A program made the translations under genes and the position numbers. A stretch of DNA of 64,000 nucleotides from Iphione sp. A-MEVVRFRX5 (taxonomy: Eukaryota), in assembly GCA_976226885.1 (NCBI GenBank), contig OZ320314.1, positions 100,378,001-100,442,000 on the forward strand, in the 5' to 3' direction. Shown piece by piece: positions 12,623-27,460 of the stretch (within the stretch, counting starts at the first letter, position 1; each line of letters starts with the position of its first letter). The notes under the pieces were generated by a model, which was given only the letters and a program-made list of their open reading frames with translations, searched no databases and was not told the DNA's origin.

Positions 12623-15600
12623 AATCTGTCGGTATACAAACAACAGCCGCTATCATGCTCCCCGGCCTTCATGCATGGTAAGTAATGTTTTGCGTGATGG
12701 CAAACAATAGGATCCTCCTCGTCGAAAAAGCACGTGACTGACCTGCCAGCGTCCATGTCCTTTGGGAGGGAGCTTCCCTTGGCTTTTCAAAGTTGGGGTG
12801 GCTTCGCATTGGCATACAATGTGCTATGGTATATTGCTCTGAGTAAGGCTTATGTTTGATCCTCCCCTGCCCCGCCCACCCACACCGTGCGGTGAACAGA
12901 GGGGTAAGGACGCCGGGTATAGGCCTCCCAATCCACATCTAAAGTGGATTTTGGCCACATAGCCCTTCCAACGTCGTTTCCCTTATGGTTTCATTCAACC
13001 TTCCATCATTCAGCCTTCTCATTTTTTCCCTAAATACTCATCCCAATCTTGGGCGTTGGGTATACACGTCATGATGGAGCTATGGTTGGTGCCTTGCAGG
13101 CGACGTCCTCCGCGGAAGGAACGTCCCCGAATTGAGTGAGGCGAACGCTTTGTGTTCGCACTGATCAGTTTGTGTTGGTCGGAATGGGTAGGGGCAGGCG
13201 GGGATGAGTAGGGGCAAGGGAACGAGAAGGGACGGTCGTGCAAGAATGCCGAGGCGGGGCGGGCGCCCGAGTCCCATCCGGATATCAGATTTATCGACCC
13301 GAGACGCCCGAGAGGACGCCGGTCCTTGGGGAGGCGGTCAGCCGGAGCTGTGGCGGGAGCACCCCGGGGAAAACGATCCTCCCTACCAGAACAAAAGCCT
13401 CACCCCTTGTTCCCAACCCCCTACCTTCGCTGCCTTTCAACAACATTCGAAGCCGGCAACCCCCATCACCAAACAATGCCTACCGCACTCTTTCCAACGG
13501 GCGCGTGCCGGCTAAATATAAACTTGGTCTCTTCCGGGGGGGGGGGGGCCCTGTGACTTGGCGTGCCATATTCAAACTCACGGAGCCGTCTGACATTTCC
13601 TCCACCCGGTCCCCATACTGCTCCACCTACGGCTCGTCAATAAATAGTTGGCACCGCCACAAATAAATCAGCAGCAATTTACGTGAACTACATGCAACTA
13701 CAGTATAGTCTTGACTAGGTTGTTTGAATTCATCCCGGCGGAAGCCACTTCTCTTAAAATAAAAACAATCATGAGCGCTCACGTATCTACTCGAAGGCGA
13801 TTACCAAAACGGGAGATTTTAGAACTATTATTGGACTGCAAACGATGTTAATGACCAACCCTGTGCGGAACAGGTTCTCTTTCGTCGGCTGTATATCTGC
13901 GGGTGTTTGTATTGAGTTTGCCTAATGCATTGTACATGCGGATGGTTGGTTCCACAGGAAGATGAAACTGGTCCTCTTACCTTAAAAGCAGGTTGAACTA
14001 CAAAGAAACATAAATTTTTCATCAGTTGGCTTTTCCACAGCTTAATCTAGACTACGTAGGAGAAGACGTCCTCTTGCCTGTAATCCTAAAAGAGTAGTAA
14101 AAGGGTGGGGAGTACCTTGCCATATCCTTATATATGCTAAACGGCAATTGTGCACGGCTCATATTGGATGGTTGAATTACTTCAGGAGTGCAGGGATGAT
14201 AGTCAGGGCTCCGGGACCCATAACACTAAAGCACTGGCTTCGGCTGTGGCTTCCATACTAGTCTGAAATGGGACGTATGGGATACTAGGCGTTGTGACAA
14301 GCAGTGGCATGAACAATACTCCCCCAGGACATTATAAAATTCACAAAATAATTAAACAAACAACAAAATATATTTATGGAAAACCTGTTTCCCCTCAAAC
14401 AACACTGACCGAAACCACTGTATTGTCCCTTTACATATAGGTTCTATACTTATGCTTTCCTAGACCTCCCAATGCATCATCAGCTCGCTCTATTGGTGGC
14501 CCATAGGTAGTAACTGTAGATAGATATATGTGACGTATTCTCTTCCTTGTCATTGGTTCGTATTGGAGCTTGAACGAGCAGGCAGCATTTCTCAGCCATG
14601 GTAGAAAGGAGGCGTATGGCCTTCCCACCAGCAAGCGCCCACCTCCAGCCTTCCCTTGGCCCGGTATGTGACGCTACCTGTGTCGGTAATGGATCCCGAA
14701 CTACACGCGATTTGTGATGTGGAGCTGACGTGCCCACCCTATGCTAGCATGTGCTCGCGAACTCCCCCTTAAGCCATTTCCCAATACGTAACATTATGCC
14801 CAACGACAGCCATTTATTAGGCGCACCTACTGGCAATGCTATCGATGATTTGCATTTGCCATTTGCCGCCAAAATTGAAGGGTCACAGACGTAATGCCGT
14901 ATTAAATATAAATTTATCGCATTCAGAAAGAGTGCAAAGGGGTTGAAATGAGCACAATTGGTTGTGACATATGCAGAGGGATTGAAAGGCACGGATGGAT
15001 CGAAGTGCGTTTAGAAACGATGGGTAGAAGACTAGAGGATAAGCAGGGCCCTGTGATTGCTGACATAGGAATTATCTTCCGAAAGGGTCACTTGTAACAT
15101 TCAGCATGCATGCAACGTTATACAAGCAGCTCGAGTCTAGCATGATTAATTCATGAGGTATTGTGGCAAGTGAAAAGGGCGTAATCAGTTTCACTTACCG
15201 CGTCTGGCCTCCGCCAGTGACAAGATCCCCAGCAGCAGGAGACCACAAACTAGAACGTTATGTAGAAGCATCTTGTACTATTTCCTCCCGCTGGTCGCGA
15301 ACACATTGGAACTGATCCACGGCCGTCACTTTGTATCTGCTTTACTTACGTTAGCGATTTTACTTGTAGCCACTAGGAATGCCGCTGCCTATTGGGTCCA
15401 GCAATGGCTGCACTTGATGAAGTGGTGTGGTTCGTGGTAGACTCCGTCATATTACTTTGCAGCGAGGGACAGAGAGGAAGAGAGCCAGCAAATTTAAGCC
15501 GCGCCAATGGCAAACCTCAAAGTACTCTCTGCTGTCTTACACCGAGAAGCACCCGGCTAGCGGAGGCGACCAGATTATGGTGAGGTAAGACGAAGCACTA

Positions 15601-15930
15601 GCGATAGCAGCTGGAACACTGCTTGGAGTTGTGGGTGTCTGAGAACTGTGATGAAGATGCTAGGTGCAGCCCACCTCCACCGCGACAAGGCAACAGCACG
15701 TCCGTGGTGGTAATAGTAGTAAGAGGAATCATTAGAGACTACGACCTCCCAGGCATATGTACCAGACACGGCCGACTATTCCCCGACGGCTCTATCCTGG
15801 CCGCCTTGTGTGCGAATTCCTGCCCGCTTCGTCCGCGTTCTCTAGGGTGGCAAACAGATGGCCCCGTCGGACTTAGCAAGGCCTTTGCCGGATGCCACGC
15901 TTGCGATGCCGTAAGCGGCGCTGATTGCAA

Positions 15931-16030
15931 TGGTGGTAGTGGTAGTAGTAGTAGTACTGGAGGCAGGAGAGGAGGCAGTGGCGGCAGCAGTGGCAGCGGT
16001 GGTTGTGATGATCGTGGTGGTGGTGGTTGT
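15931..16030 (+). repeat. Compound trinucleotide low-complexity tract (GGT/AGT/GGC/AGC)
   Basis: ggtggtagtggtagtagtagtagtactggaggc...ggtggtggtggt. It accounts for the overlapping Gly/Ser-, Pro/Leu- and His/Tyr-rich ORFs here. Confidence 0.85.
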
Positions 16031-19000
16031 TGCAGGCGGCGCGGCAAACTAGGCGACCGCCCCCTCTCATCCAGCTGGGCGCGACGATCCTCGCAGACTG
16101 ACGCAGAGTGGCGGCAGAGCGGGGGAGGCGGGCGGGCGCAGGGTAAGCCTACCGACGACCAGTGGAGACATGGGCGGCGCCGGGAGCGGTTGTCAGACTG
16201 GTGGGGGCTTAGTTAGTTACTGGAGAAGCAGCAGGCAGCGGCAGTTAAAGGTACCTCGTCCTTCTGTTTCTCAACTTATCCTTCTTGCTGCCTCCATTCC
16301 AGATAAAGAAGGGCCAGTTGTCTCAAGATAGCCAAAGATAGCCTCAAGGAACACAAAGTAGACAGCTTCAAATCAGTCATCAAAGGGCCTACGAGGCATC
16401 TGTCTCCAGTACGCCGCTAACTCAAACACCGGCTGCTCAGTGCGGTTTGGGCAGAAATCTGGAAGAAAACCATAGAGTACCTCGTTAGTAGGGTGGTATA
16501 CACTACAGAGGAAAAAGTAACGCCATAGACGATTGGCGCCTGTCCACATGGTCTGCCCGATACTACGTAATGTTCACGACTATAGTCTGAAAACTGAAAC
16601 TACCGTCTGTCTTTCACGTCACGCGTCCAGAACCTCTGCCTGGCATACATCTCGGAGCACTGCTGTGCCCTCTGGATGGCTTTTCAGGCAGCGCCGATGT
16701 GTGGCATTAGTCTCCAGCTGGGCTAGCCTAATAATCGGTGTGGGTGACACCACCTATAATGTGAAGGGATGGCAAGGGGGTGGGGGAGGGGGCGCCATTC
16801 TCCTCTGCGCTCCGTGACCCACCTCATTCGACCTCGATGCAGGCAGGAATTTGGACATTAAGGGTGGGAATGAATCAGCACCACTGGCACAAGGGATTCC
16901 AGTCAGCGTGAGCCCAACTAATTAAAGAAGCCCAAGCCGTCCAGATGATACTAGAAAATTAAAATGGACTTCATGTGAAGAGTTCTAATGATGATGATTT
17001 GAGGCAGAGGAAAGACAAATTCAGTGCGCACATTATTTCCTAAGAATTTGAGTTACTGTATCGAACAGATATAAAAATGCGTTTATTCAATCCCACTCCT
17101 TAATAAATTCCTTGGGGAGATTTTGTGTGAAATTTATAAGATTACATGTACATGTATATTTCATGAAAAGAAATCTATATCGGAAAATCGATTTTTAAAA
17201 CTAAATCGTAACACGACCAGAAGTGGTTCATTTATATAGTATTTACTATAGGTAGACACTTATCTGGCAGAAACTTATTCATACTGAAGTATGGCAACGC
17301 CAATGTTGTAGTGCACTGCAATCAGCGACTGGGCAGATAGTAAATAAGGCAGCACACGGGCGTGGGTTTCTTTCCTTCGCTCCTCCGAGGAAAATCAATC
17401 ATCAAAGCATGCAGGGAGGTGATGCTGTGACAAACAGAGGTGACGGCGACGAAGAATCGCACACAGTTTCAGCGCAAGGTCTTCAAAGAGGAAAGGACGG
17501 GCCCCAATAACAAAGATCCGCAGGTGGTGATACTAATGGAGAAATTTTGTCAGAATGAAAGGTTCTAAGGAAACAGACAAAACGAAATGGGCGTGTTTTT
17601 TTTCTCTGAGAGATGATAGAGGAAGGTGAGCAAAAAAAGGATGGCGTACATATCAGATGATTGATATTTTTTCTGGTATTTTAATCAGTTTATCCCAGCA
17701 ATTAGATTAACTCATATCAAAAGTAGAATCAAGCGCTACACCACTAGAGGCATATGCCATTATGGAACAAACAGAGTAAAATAGATTGGTAGAACATGTA
17801 CATTTGCATTGACCAACATATGCCTTATAGATGGCAAATCTATGAATGTATAAATATACATACGTGGGGTCAGTATTTCGGACGGACGCGAAACGAGGTA
17901 ATGAATTGGGCGAAGCATTGGTACACGGGGAAGAGGTGACGGGTCGATATATGTCTAGTGAGCTGGAGGGCCTAATTCATCGTCCCAACACCTGCCACTG
18001 ACGGCCACTTCCGACTGTGTGGCCGCCGGACGCTTCCCTCTTCACTAGGACGGATCTATTCATGACTTTGGCAGGGGGTTCGGTCGGGGTTAGGGGGTCA
18101 ATTGGCGGCCCACTCCCGAGTCGGGACGCCCTGGGGCATCGCTCCAATATTGCATTGGGCCGCATTACGCGACGACGTGTTGATTGAGCCAGTGGCGGCG
18201 AACAGGTCCGGCTGTGCTGGTCCAACCACTCATCATGAACCAAGGGTCCGCTTACCTGACCGGACTGTTGGGCCTTATACGCCGGTCTTTACATCCAAGA
18301 CGACCATGCCCCTGCTTTCCCCGCCTTTTTTTTATCTTCTTGTCATTTTCTTCACTGCCATTCTTACCGGCCTCCATCCTTCGTTCTTACTCTTCAGCAA
18401 TCTTTCCTTTTTGCAAGGTTTATGCCTTTAGATGTGCCATGGTAAGGATCCTGCCTTGATGTTAACTGCGATCAGTTAACTAAATTTCGCTCGTTCTTTC
18501 CTGCGACGCTAGCATCACCACCTCACTATCCTACATCTTCATTTACATCATTCCATTAATCACGTTTCCTCTTTTCTGTCTCTACCTAAGTGTATTATAT
18601 AATCTTCTTCCTTTAACGCTAAACCTTTTGCCTTTGACACGGTGAACCTCACCCCCTATCTCCCGCCCCCCCCTGCCATTTTACTTTTACGCCGCCACAA
18701 GGACCTCACGTTCACTCAGTCGTCTGGCTAGGCAGCAGTATAGACCAGTTCTGTCAACACGGCGATCTCGGGTGCATCTGCCTTTCGACTCCGACCCCTA
18801 TCCTTCTCCATTCGTCTTCTTTGTCAGGGATTCTCTGGCCGGTTTGCCCTCCGGCTGCCTCACCCATCCGCCCCTTCCCACTCTCCCCTATTCGTCCAGG
18901 CACAGCCTGTTGATCCCAGAAACTGACCACATCTCCCTCTAGGAGGCCATCGCTGATGCCTTACGGCGCCAACTACCACCAGGGGCAGCAGTAGGTGCTA

Positions 19001-20771
19001 GAAACGTTGATAACGACAGTCTGACTTATACATGACAGCTCCCTGCCGCGGACACTAATGAAGCACACCTTCCCGACGACGACCAATAAAGCCATCTGCC
19101 GCGAGGCTGCTGTCAATGGTCGTCGGCGGTTGTGACTGAGGGCGCATGTCCGGTAGGACGGTCACGGGCCTCTTCCGGGGGGGGGGGGGGGAGAGGGCAA
19201 TGGTGGTCTCAAAGGCCACGAACTGGGTTCAATATATTCTGGACCATCTTATTTCGAGTAGTCCCTGTATTTTATTCGTTATTTACTGGAAAGGAGGAAC
19301 TTGTCTTGTCTAGGCTCGTACGGGTAGTTGGCATGTAAATGGAGAGACATATGCCCCGGTAATAGACAAACGTAAACAGCGACGATGGTGCAGCCTTTAA
19401 TGTTTTTTTGCAACCAGAATTCACAGTCCATACATGCAGGGCTATAAATAGTTTCTAAAGCAACAAATGTATGTGAATAAATAATATAGGACATATTCAC
19501 TGAACGATTATTGAACAATAGCACAGGAATACTGGAGCCGTAAACAATACGTAGTACCATTACTATCAGCGACAAAAATAATGTATATAAAAGAAACAAC
19601 CTGGATCAATACAAAGCTTGGCGTGCGAATCATTTTCCTATGTTTATTACAAATGTAGGTATGTACTGCGTTTACAGGTAACAGCTATATGTAGCAATGG
19701 ATAATTTAACGTATCCTTTTATGACGGGGATATCCAAAAGAAGAAAGATCTGCGAGTAACAACATATCATGTGCTCTTCAGTGTGCTTTACTTAGCTTTA
19801 CTTTAAACTTTCTAATTAGAATGTTGGCTGTCGGTTGTCTCTACACAACGACTCTTTTTATTGTGCTTTACCACCCGTTCTTCATTGAAGGCCTGTGACA
19901 GTGTTTCCTGGGAATTTCGATTTCCGACTGCCAGTGGTGCGTCTAAACCTCATACGAAAATACAAATCAAGCAGGACCTTCAATTAAGGTATCGATGCGG
20001 TTCAGCAGCGTTTGCAAGTATTCCTTGTGGTTGCGGAACGCATGTACATGTATAGGAATATACAATAGTCATGTTTTCCAAACGGACCGACGCTATTGTT
20101 ATTTTTCACATATACAGTGGATGAAAACCCCAGATGAAAAAAAAACATAAAAGAAAAGAAATATGACAGTCAGCTCCCATGAAATTCAACACGATAATGG
20201 GTAATTACGAATTCTGAGTTTCGGGATAATGAGGGTTTCACTTATATGCTGTTGCATGTGCATTGCTGAAATGATACACAGCTTCGAAGAGACCATTATA
20301 AAACCAATATTGTAACTGTATAACATCTTGTGGTCAACGAGGTCAAATCTCTTATCAGGACCGTCACCAAAGTACCAGGTTCCGATCATTATATACGAGT
20401 CCCGTAGGTGACCGGATTGAACAGATTTTACTTAACATGGACTAGTAATATACGACAGAAAAACAGTCAATCGTGCTTCTGTATATGACAAAAGTGTTAG
20501 ATGAAAACTGCATTCGACGGAACGAGTTCCTCGCGTAGCTGGCACCAGCGCTGCTTGAGGGAACCTGAGGTGATTGATACGATCCCCTAATCTGGATTAG
20601 CTGTCCGGACGCAGATTAGAGGATCACGAGTATTTGTACGAGCCAATGCCGGTGGCCTTGGCTGGGGGCTGGTCAGATTGAGCCGAGAGGCAAGCCGGGC
20701 GTGGCATTGTCTACCACATCTGCTCATGACTAGCTCTATTGGAGTCCGGCTCAGGAGCTGCTCGTAAAAGT

Positions 20772-21050
20772 CTACTGTTGCCAGTTAGTGCATAGTTTAA
20801 TTAAATCTAGTGCAGGCACCTGTGTTTGCCCCGAGCCGACTCCCCCGGGGATCGCGGCCAACGATTCTAACATTCCTTCGTAGGACGGAATGCAATCAAG
20901 AAGAGAATCGCGCGACTGAATGGACCCAGGTATCCAGCGAGACAAGAAAAGCCTTGCAAAGAATGAGCGAATTAGGTAATCAATGGAGCTACCTCCTTCT
21001 CTAGGAAACGCCTGGCGTCGAACAAAGCCGAGCACCCTGCTCGATGGCTA
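20772..21050 (-). mobile_element. Decayed CR1/L2-like LINE ORF2 fragment (post-RT region)
   Basis: The frame reads SSRVLGFVRR...Y....F.R..L..W.P......IPSYEGMLESL...DLIKLC, resembling the CR1 pattern ANRxLGFIRR...LY..LVRP.LEY...VW.P...LSYEERL..L...DLI. It is roughly a dozen residues shorter than my recalled consensus spacing. Confidence 0.5.
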
Positions 21051-21162
21051 TTGTGGAGGGACTCACGTAAGATGGTGAGGATGATAACATTGCCATTTCT
21101 TAAAGTGGTTTCCCGGATCTTAGCGCAAATGCTTGAATGTGATCTGCAAACGATACCGAATG

Positions 21163-21166
<4 letters not shown>

Positions 21167-21220
<54 letters not shown>
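21167..21220 (+). repeat. (CT)27 microsatellite
   Basis: Perfect dinucleotide run read directly. Confidence 0.98.
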
Positions 21221-21225
<5 letters not shown>

Positions 21226-24200
21226 TAATGCGCATGTATCTTCCGTCTCTTGATTTCATCTGCAGCCTTCCCGACGACCTACATGTATATTCGTCATCTA
21301 TATGTGTAGTTATATACTCATAATTATCTTAGAATCAAGCCATCTATTTCTCATGCGTATATTCTCTTCGTCGTAAAAGGGAATCTCACTAGAGTTCGGT
21401 TGTTGCTCTATAAAGTTATGGAGGTCGTTCGGTACTCCAGGAAAGCTGAAAAGGAGATATTGGCTGAAACACGCGCCAAGCGCTTACCTCTATGAGCGCC
21501 GCGGCCACCATGGCCAAAATCAAGTTGGGGTGCATGATGAATTGAATTTTCTACTGAGGAACCCAGCGACCGACAGATGACCTAATCAATGTCACCACGT
21601 CTTCCCTACAGTGCTGGCTATTAGTCCAGATGGGACAGTTTGGGGCGTAGGACTCAGTAGCCTTCTACGTGTATTTTGAAAGGACCCACCGAATGTCTTT
21701 GTTCGCATGTAGAATGAAACATGAAAAGTATGATCTCCTTCGAGTCCATTAAATTTTATCTGAATATGTTTGCCTAACTAGTCATATATGTATCTGTATA
21801 GTACTCTTGTTTTCCACATAAATGTTTATCTATGCATGTGATCTAAAATGGCAATTACGTCTGGGCCACTGAATCAGCAGGTTCTGGGTGTTCACGGCGG
21901 GAGGGTCAGCAGAGTCTCATGCATGTAAATCATAGATGCGCGAGGGGATATGGTGAGATCCTTCGCTTGCCTGTTACCCCACCTCTCTACGACTTGTCAC
22001 CTTGTGAGCCAGCCCCCCTCCCACCCGGGCCTCCCTACCTCCCCCCTTTACCCCCCCCCCCTGCAAATCCCCGCCCGGTGCGGACAATTTACCGCGGCAG
22101 CAGGTCGACTGGAGACGGCCGCTCATTATCCCGGCTCCGACTGTGCGGCCCACCCGGCTCTGGCACCATCACCAGCACTACTATCACAGGAGGTCGCGCC
22201 ATGCAGAAGCCAAACCTCCTGACAAGTCAGAAATCTGCACGCTTATTGCTAGAATTAGTTCACTGCACGAGCACCCCCTCCCAAATTAACGTTTTTCTTG
22301 GCGTGGTGAACATCAACCAAGCACAAGTGGCGACTGCTATTATTGCTTGTTGCAATGCGAAGTGTGTCACTGTCAAGGGGGGATAGATGGCGGGGCTTTC
22401 AGTTGATTTGGCGCTGGCCGGGTAATGTGGTCGGGGAAGTTGGCCCAGCTCAGCCGTAGGCCTGAGTCAACGCTCATCTGTCAGCCGGTGGGTGTCATCA
22501 GGGCGATTTAACGCTGTCCAAATCAGCTGCGACGTTATCTGGTCTCGTGTAGAGATAAATGAGTCTGCACATGCCGGCCGCCAAGTTACATCCCCCCACA
22601 TCTACACCTTCTGACCTATAAACGATCTATTAACGTATCTGACACCACCGCGCCCCCATCATGGTACGAGTTCTTACCTTGTTGACTGCTGCTCTCCTAC
22701 CCAATTTCGGTGTGTGGGTGAATTAATCAGGCATCATTCCGTCAACCGGTTACAGGTGGGCCACACTCTAGAACAAATGATATAACTGCTGGCCTGACAG
22801 TATTGCCGTCTACGATCAATCTATCCCAAGCGGAATCACAGTAAGAAGCAATGGCAACAATTACCACCGCACTAACCCAGACCATTATGGCTGCCAGCGA
22901 TGGGAATAACGAGCCAGAATCTTCCTTTCTTATTTTTCCCCATCTTACTGTCTCGCAGCTTGATTCTACCAGAAGTGGGGAAAAGGTGGGGTAGACTTTC
23001 TTGTTTGCAATCAATACGTTGTAAGTGACTTGGGATGGAGGCGGCGTCAGGTCTGGTTAGCGCTCCATCTATCGCCACATCTACCGTACCACTAATGGCA
23101 TGGGGGAGAGTCCTTATTGGATGCACCGGTAAAACCGGCTGTGCATCCTATCCAGCGCATCGGCCGGAAGAACTGTGCCACGGCCATGGTTAATAATCAT
23201 CCTAATGGCATTGCAAAGGATCTAGTTTGGGTCGATGGTGATGCAAGCTTGGGACGATGCCAGGCGGCGTTGGGTAGGACCATACATATACATAATATCT
23301 GCCTGTAGATACTCTGCTAATTATTGCAGGTGTCTCCTTGCTTGACTAATTAGCAGTTAATATGGAGGAATAAAGAGCATTTCACTGGGCCACATGCGGC
23401 ATGACAGTCGACTTTGCGGGGAAAAAAATATGATGGACGAATAACATGCCATTATGAAAATCGTTGAAAATGGCAGATTCTTGTTGATCAGGCGTGCTAA
23501 TTATGTCATTGGTGCGATTGCTATCGACCATGCAGGTACACTGTACACTTTAAAATAGCAGTCCATCAGCCTACTTTATGCATAAACTGTAATGGTTAAG
23601 AATCAATTTCTCCGGTGTAGGAGTTCTAAATAATTATCCTTGATATCCTAGACCTGGTTTTGGCCAGTGTTTGTTTTGATGTGGATTTATTCGTCAGAAT
23701 AACTAGCACATATATTTATAACTTTTTGCCCTCGTATTTAGGCATAGGTTACTCAGGATGAAAAGGCTGACATACAGGGATATGGGAGTATGGATGTACA
23801 GGTGTGACTGCGCGTAAACATGTCGTGCACTCTGTCGGATCCAGGCCTTTCATCACAGGTGTATGGATCCCCACTGCCTTTGATCTAATCTGGGTTGAGG
23901 CACGTCCAAAAGTTCTTCTAATCAATACCACTCTCCGCCTTTTTCTTCAGTATTTCCCTGTTTACGCTTAAAGGCAGGTGTAACGCTGTGGAGGTGCAGA
24001 TAAATCCACCATGATATATCCAAGGACGAGGAAATTCTTCTAGGAAGTCTGTTCCTCCTCTTTAGCTTGCCTGTCAGCATTTACTATCAGCATGGATTTT
24101 TAAACCATCACAGAGTGGAGGTATGAGTCAGTGGCTCCCTCTTCGATGAATACTGATACATCTGATAAAGACATATCATAAACCTATCTATATTATACAG

Positions 24201-27200
24201 GATAACCCATCATAGATACATGTAGACTGAAACATTAGGTGGAATTTATTCACACTTCTACGGTCTCAAGATGAAAAAAAACACGAGAATGTAGGCAACC
24301 GGCGGCTGTACATCAGGCAACAAGAATGACGGACAACCTTCAATTCAATCGTCTTTCACCCCAGATTAAGTAGTAGATGTTGTGCTTGTCTCATAAGTAA
24401 TTGTCTCTTGATAAAGGAGAATGCGGTGGCAGAACAATACGCTAGTTACCTTCCATATTCAGCAATATATGTATTCGGGGGGGGGGGGTTCAGTGGTGGC
24501 TTCATATCTGTGCTGACAGCTTTGGTATTACCACTGGATACATGTTTCTAGTTCATACAAGATGTTTCCTGACCACAAAGTTGATTAAGAGTCACGAAAC
24601 ATCTTCTGATGAATACGCCTGGATTCAAGCTGCAAACGTTATTGTCGGTTTTTTTCTACTATTTTCACATGTACTTGATGAGATTGATTAGCATCCATAC
24701 CATTGATTAAATTTTAAAGATCTAGCCAGGTTCCAAAGGTTTTTCCTTGGACGTCACGCGCGGGATTTACCTTTGTCCAGATAGATGGCGCAGTATTAAC
24801 TTAGATCTGTGAAGACGTTTTGCTATACTGAAGCAAACTAGACTATCACAAGGGACTTTTACAATGGTCTCATAAGGCATATTAATCAATAGTAGAGCTG
24901 TAGAATATGCTATACTGCAGTGTTTAAGGTGGTTCTTATAAACTACATGTACATGTAGTTCCAAAGCGTGAAGTTAGACCTTAAGGACCGAGCAAAACAA
25001 TATTCGACCCATATCGTGAAGTAGACTCGATTTAGCTACGCCACAGCTTGTTTTCGGCAAGTAAATGATACTGGCGTCATTCAGGTCTCGTTCTTTTTCA
25101 CTATTTAATGCCAACTCCCCTCCATTTTTCAGAGAAATGTTTGCCATGTATATATTATCTATTCTGTCGAATTAGTATCATTTATGGATATGGTAGATAC
25201 ATATAAGGTAGATCTACTAAATAGCCCATATAAAAATAGCATTTATATATTTCGGTCACGGAGAAAACCTTTAAAGCGATAATATAAATGTTGATCACGA
25301 TTTTTATCTCATGCTGCTATGTGCTCTCGAAATGTAGAGAAAGTAATGATTACCTGTTTTCACACATACGAAACATATGAATCATGACACAGAAACAAAA
25401 CCCACTGAAGGGATACAGTTCACATTGTTTACTTGAAACTGCTGTACACATTTATCTATGGTGTGCAGTAAAAAACTCACAATAAGAAGTTGTTTAATCT
25501 AATTCAATTTCTGCAGTATATTTTTGGTAATGTTACACGAAAGAAAGGTAGGATCTAAAAAACAAATGAATGTAATTATCGCAGTGCCAGACTTTTACAA
25601 TTGCCAAGTACATGTAATTATGCAAATAAATCTACTCTAGTAATTTTGTTCGTAAATTGATCAGAATGTATAACGAGTGTGGTGAAGTATAATAGCACTT
25701 ACGTCATCGCAAAGTCTAGGACGACATGATGCAAACTGACTAATGTTGTACATGCATTCAAACTTTCATTTACATGTACATGTAGCTCAATTTATCAAGA
25801 TAACACGCGATTCCTATGAGAAGGCGATGTACTATGCGTCAAGATGTGGTGGCGTCTTAAATATATGCAAATGTCTTTAAAGCATTAACTAATTATCATT
25901 TTAATAGCGCAGTAGTACTTCAAAAGCGGGTTTGTCCTCAACAAGATAGCCACTTATGCAAACATATACCACACGTTCAGAATTATGTATTTCAGTTTCC
26001 GTGGACGCCTGTGTGTTTGGACAGTGAGGAGGAGCAAGTGTTGAGAGATTGACTGATTGTATGCGTGCCTGGTTTGGATCTGGCCGGCTAACACGCGATG
26101 CTCCAGCATCGTCCTCGTGGCCCTCTCACCAGACTTTGGAGACAAATATCACATTAGCCCCGCGGGCCCAGCCCTCTGGAATTATAACCGATGGTGACAG
26201 CGCGAAACGGGCCGAGCGATCTCGGGTTTCCATTAGATAGGTGCCCCTCAGCAGTCCTTCGCCGGGAATCAAATCACCAGCTATCGGCCGGACGAGTATA
26301 TATGGCTGCAGTCATGCGGTAAGGCTGGAAGCAGGGTGAGGGAGGGGTTGAGGGGGTACTGGGAGATATATCGATATAAGAAGTGAGAGGCAGTAGTGCG
26401 GGAAGCAAGCACTACCTCATTCAGTTACGCTAATCGTACACGTCACCTAATAGAATCGTCTAACCGCAGGTGCAAGGAAGCAGTGTGCGGTGAAGCTTTT
26501 TCTCTTCAGGTCTTAATATGTATGGGGATTTTTTTTATCCAGGCTTGCTGAGAACGCCAGCGCTAGTTACATCGCACTTTGCTCACGGAACTACACCTTA
26601 TCGATCCATTTCGTATAATGTTCCATGATTAATTCATGCTACTGATGTTCAGGTCGGGCTCGAGACGTGGGTGTAGGGACTTTCTTGATCTATTATATAT
26701 GAAGCCCCGATACTTCTGCTTGACATGGTCCTCTTGCCAGGGGATTATAAATTTCCTGGAAAAACACATGCAGTGATTCCTGCCTGTATTTAGTGCAATA
26801 CTGACATGTCCACGAGAAATTTGGGTTGCTGCAAACTGACGACTACAAAAAGGATTGCAATTTTATTTTGAATAATTCCAAGGAAACTGTCAAAATCGTT
26901 TATTTTTCGTTAGCAATCGCACAGTGCACCTCTTTGTTATATAGTTACAAAGTAAAACGTGGTCTTCGTTTATAAATAGCATGATAGTTGCCAGGAGGGA
27001 AGGACCTAAGAAGATAGCCAGTATCTGCCCTAACCCGCAATCACATCAAGACCCAACTGTTTCGTGCGTACGGACCCTTACCCGGTTCCGCTCCTTAAAG
27101 TTTCAGTTTGAGTCCTATTGATTTTCCGTGCGATAACTCTCATTAATAACCCAAATGGGATCATTTCCATCGTCACCACTTAGACATGCAAACGAGACGG

Positions 27201-27276
27201 TTTCCTCTCCGCGAACGCATTTAGCCCGAGAGAATCTGGAAGTGCGTTTGGATTGCGTCGAGGGGGGCAATTTTCA

Positions 27277-27460
27277 AGACAGCTTCAGAAATTGAATTTG
27301 GATGAAATTTTGAATAGATTAGGAACAGTTGAAAATAAAAAGTCGGCGGAGTTAAAAGAAAGCTAGACATGGCTTTCGAAAATTATACTAAGAGACTAAT
27401 TTCGGACAGAAAGCACAAGGGCGACAACGAAAACCGAGTGTGTGATTCTGTCTTGGCAGT
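27277..27460 (+). pseudogene. Possible decayed LINE ORF1 coiled-coil fragment
   Basis: Hand translation gives RQLQKLNLDEILNRLGTVENKKSAELKES* and, after a frameshift, LDMAFENYTKRL. This resembles the LDEILxRL..IE...ELKxSLEF pattern of invertebrate LINE ORF1 proteins, but coiled-coil similarity is non-specific. Confidence 0.2.

Noticed and set aside
15623-16216. Longest supplied ORF (197 aa) and the overlapping minus-strand ORFs
   Set aside because: They stay open because of a stop-poor trinucleotide tract. It has a non-ATG start, no domain, and several frames are open at once.
18900-19090. Protein-like frame EAIADALRRQLPPGAAVGARNV interrupted by stops
   Set aside because: No family could be assigned.
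22742-23014. IMVW...LIVDG resembling the Tc1/mariner DDE motif (IMVWG...L..IDG)
   Set aside because: The conserved Gly is missing, the spacing is about 8 residues too long, and I found no TIRs or other DDE motifs.
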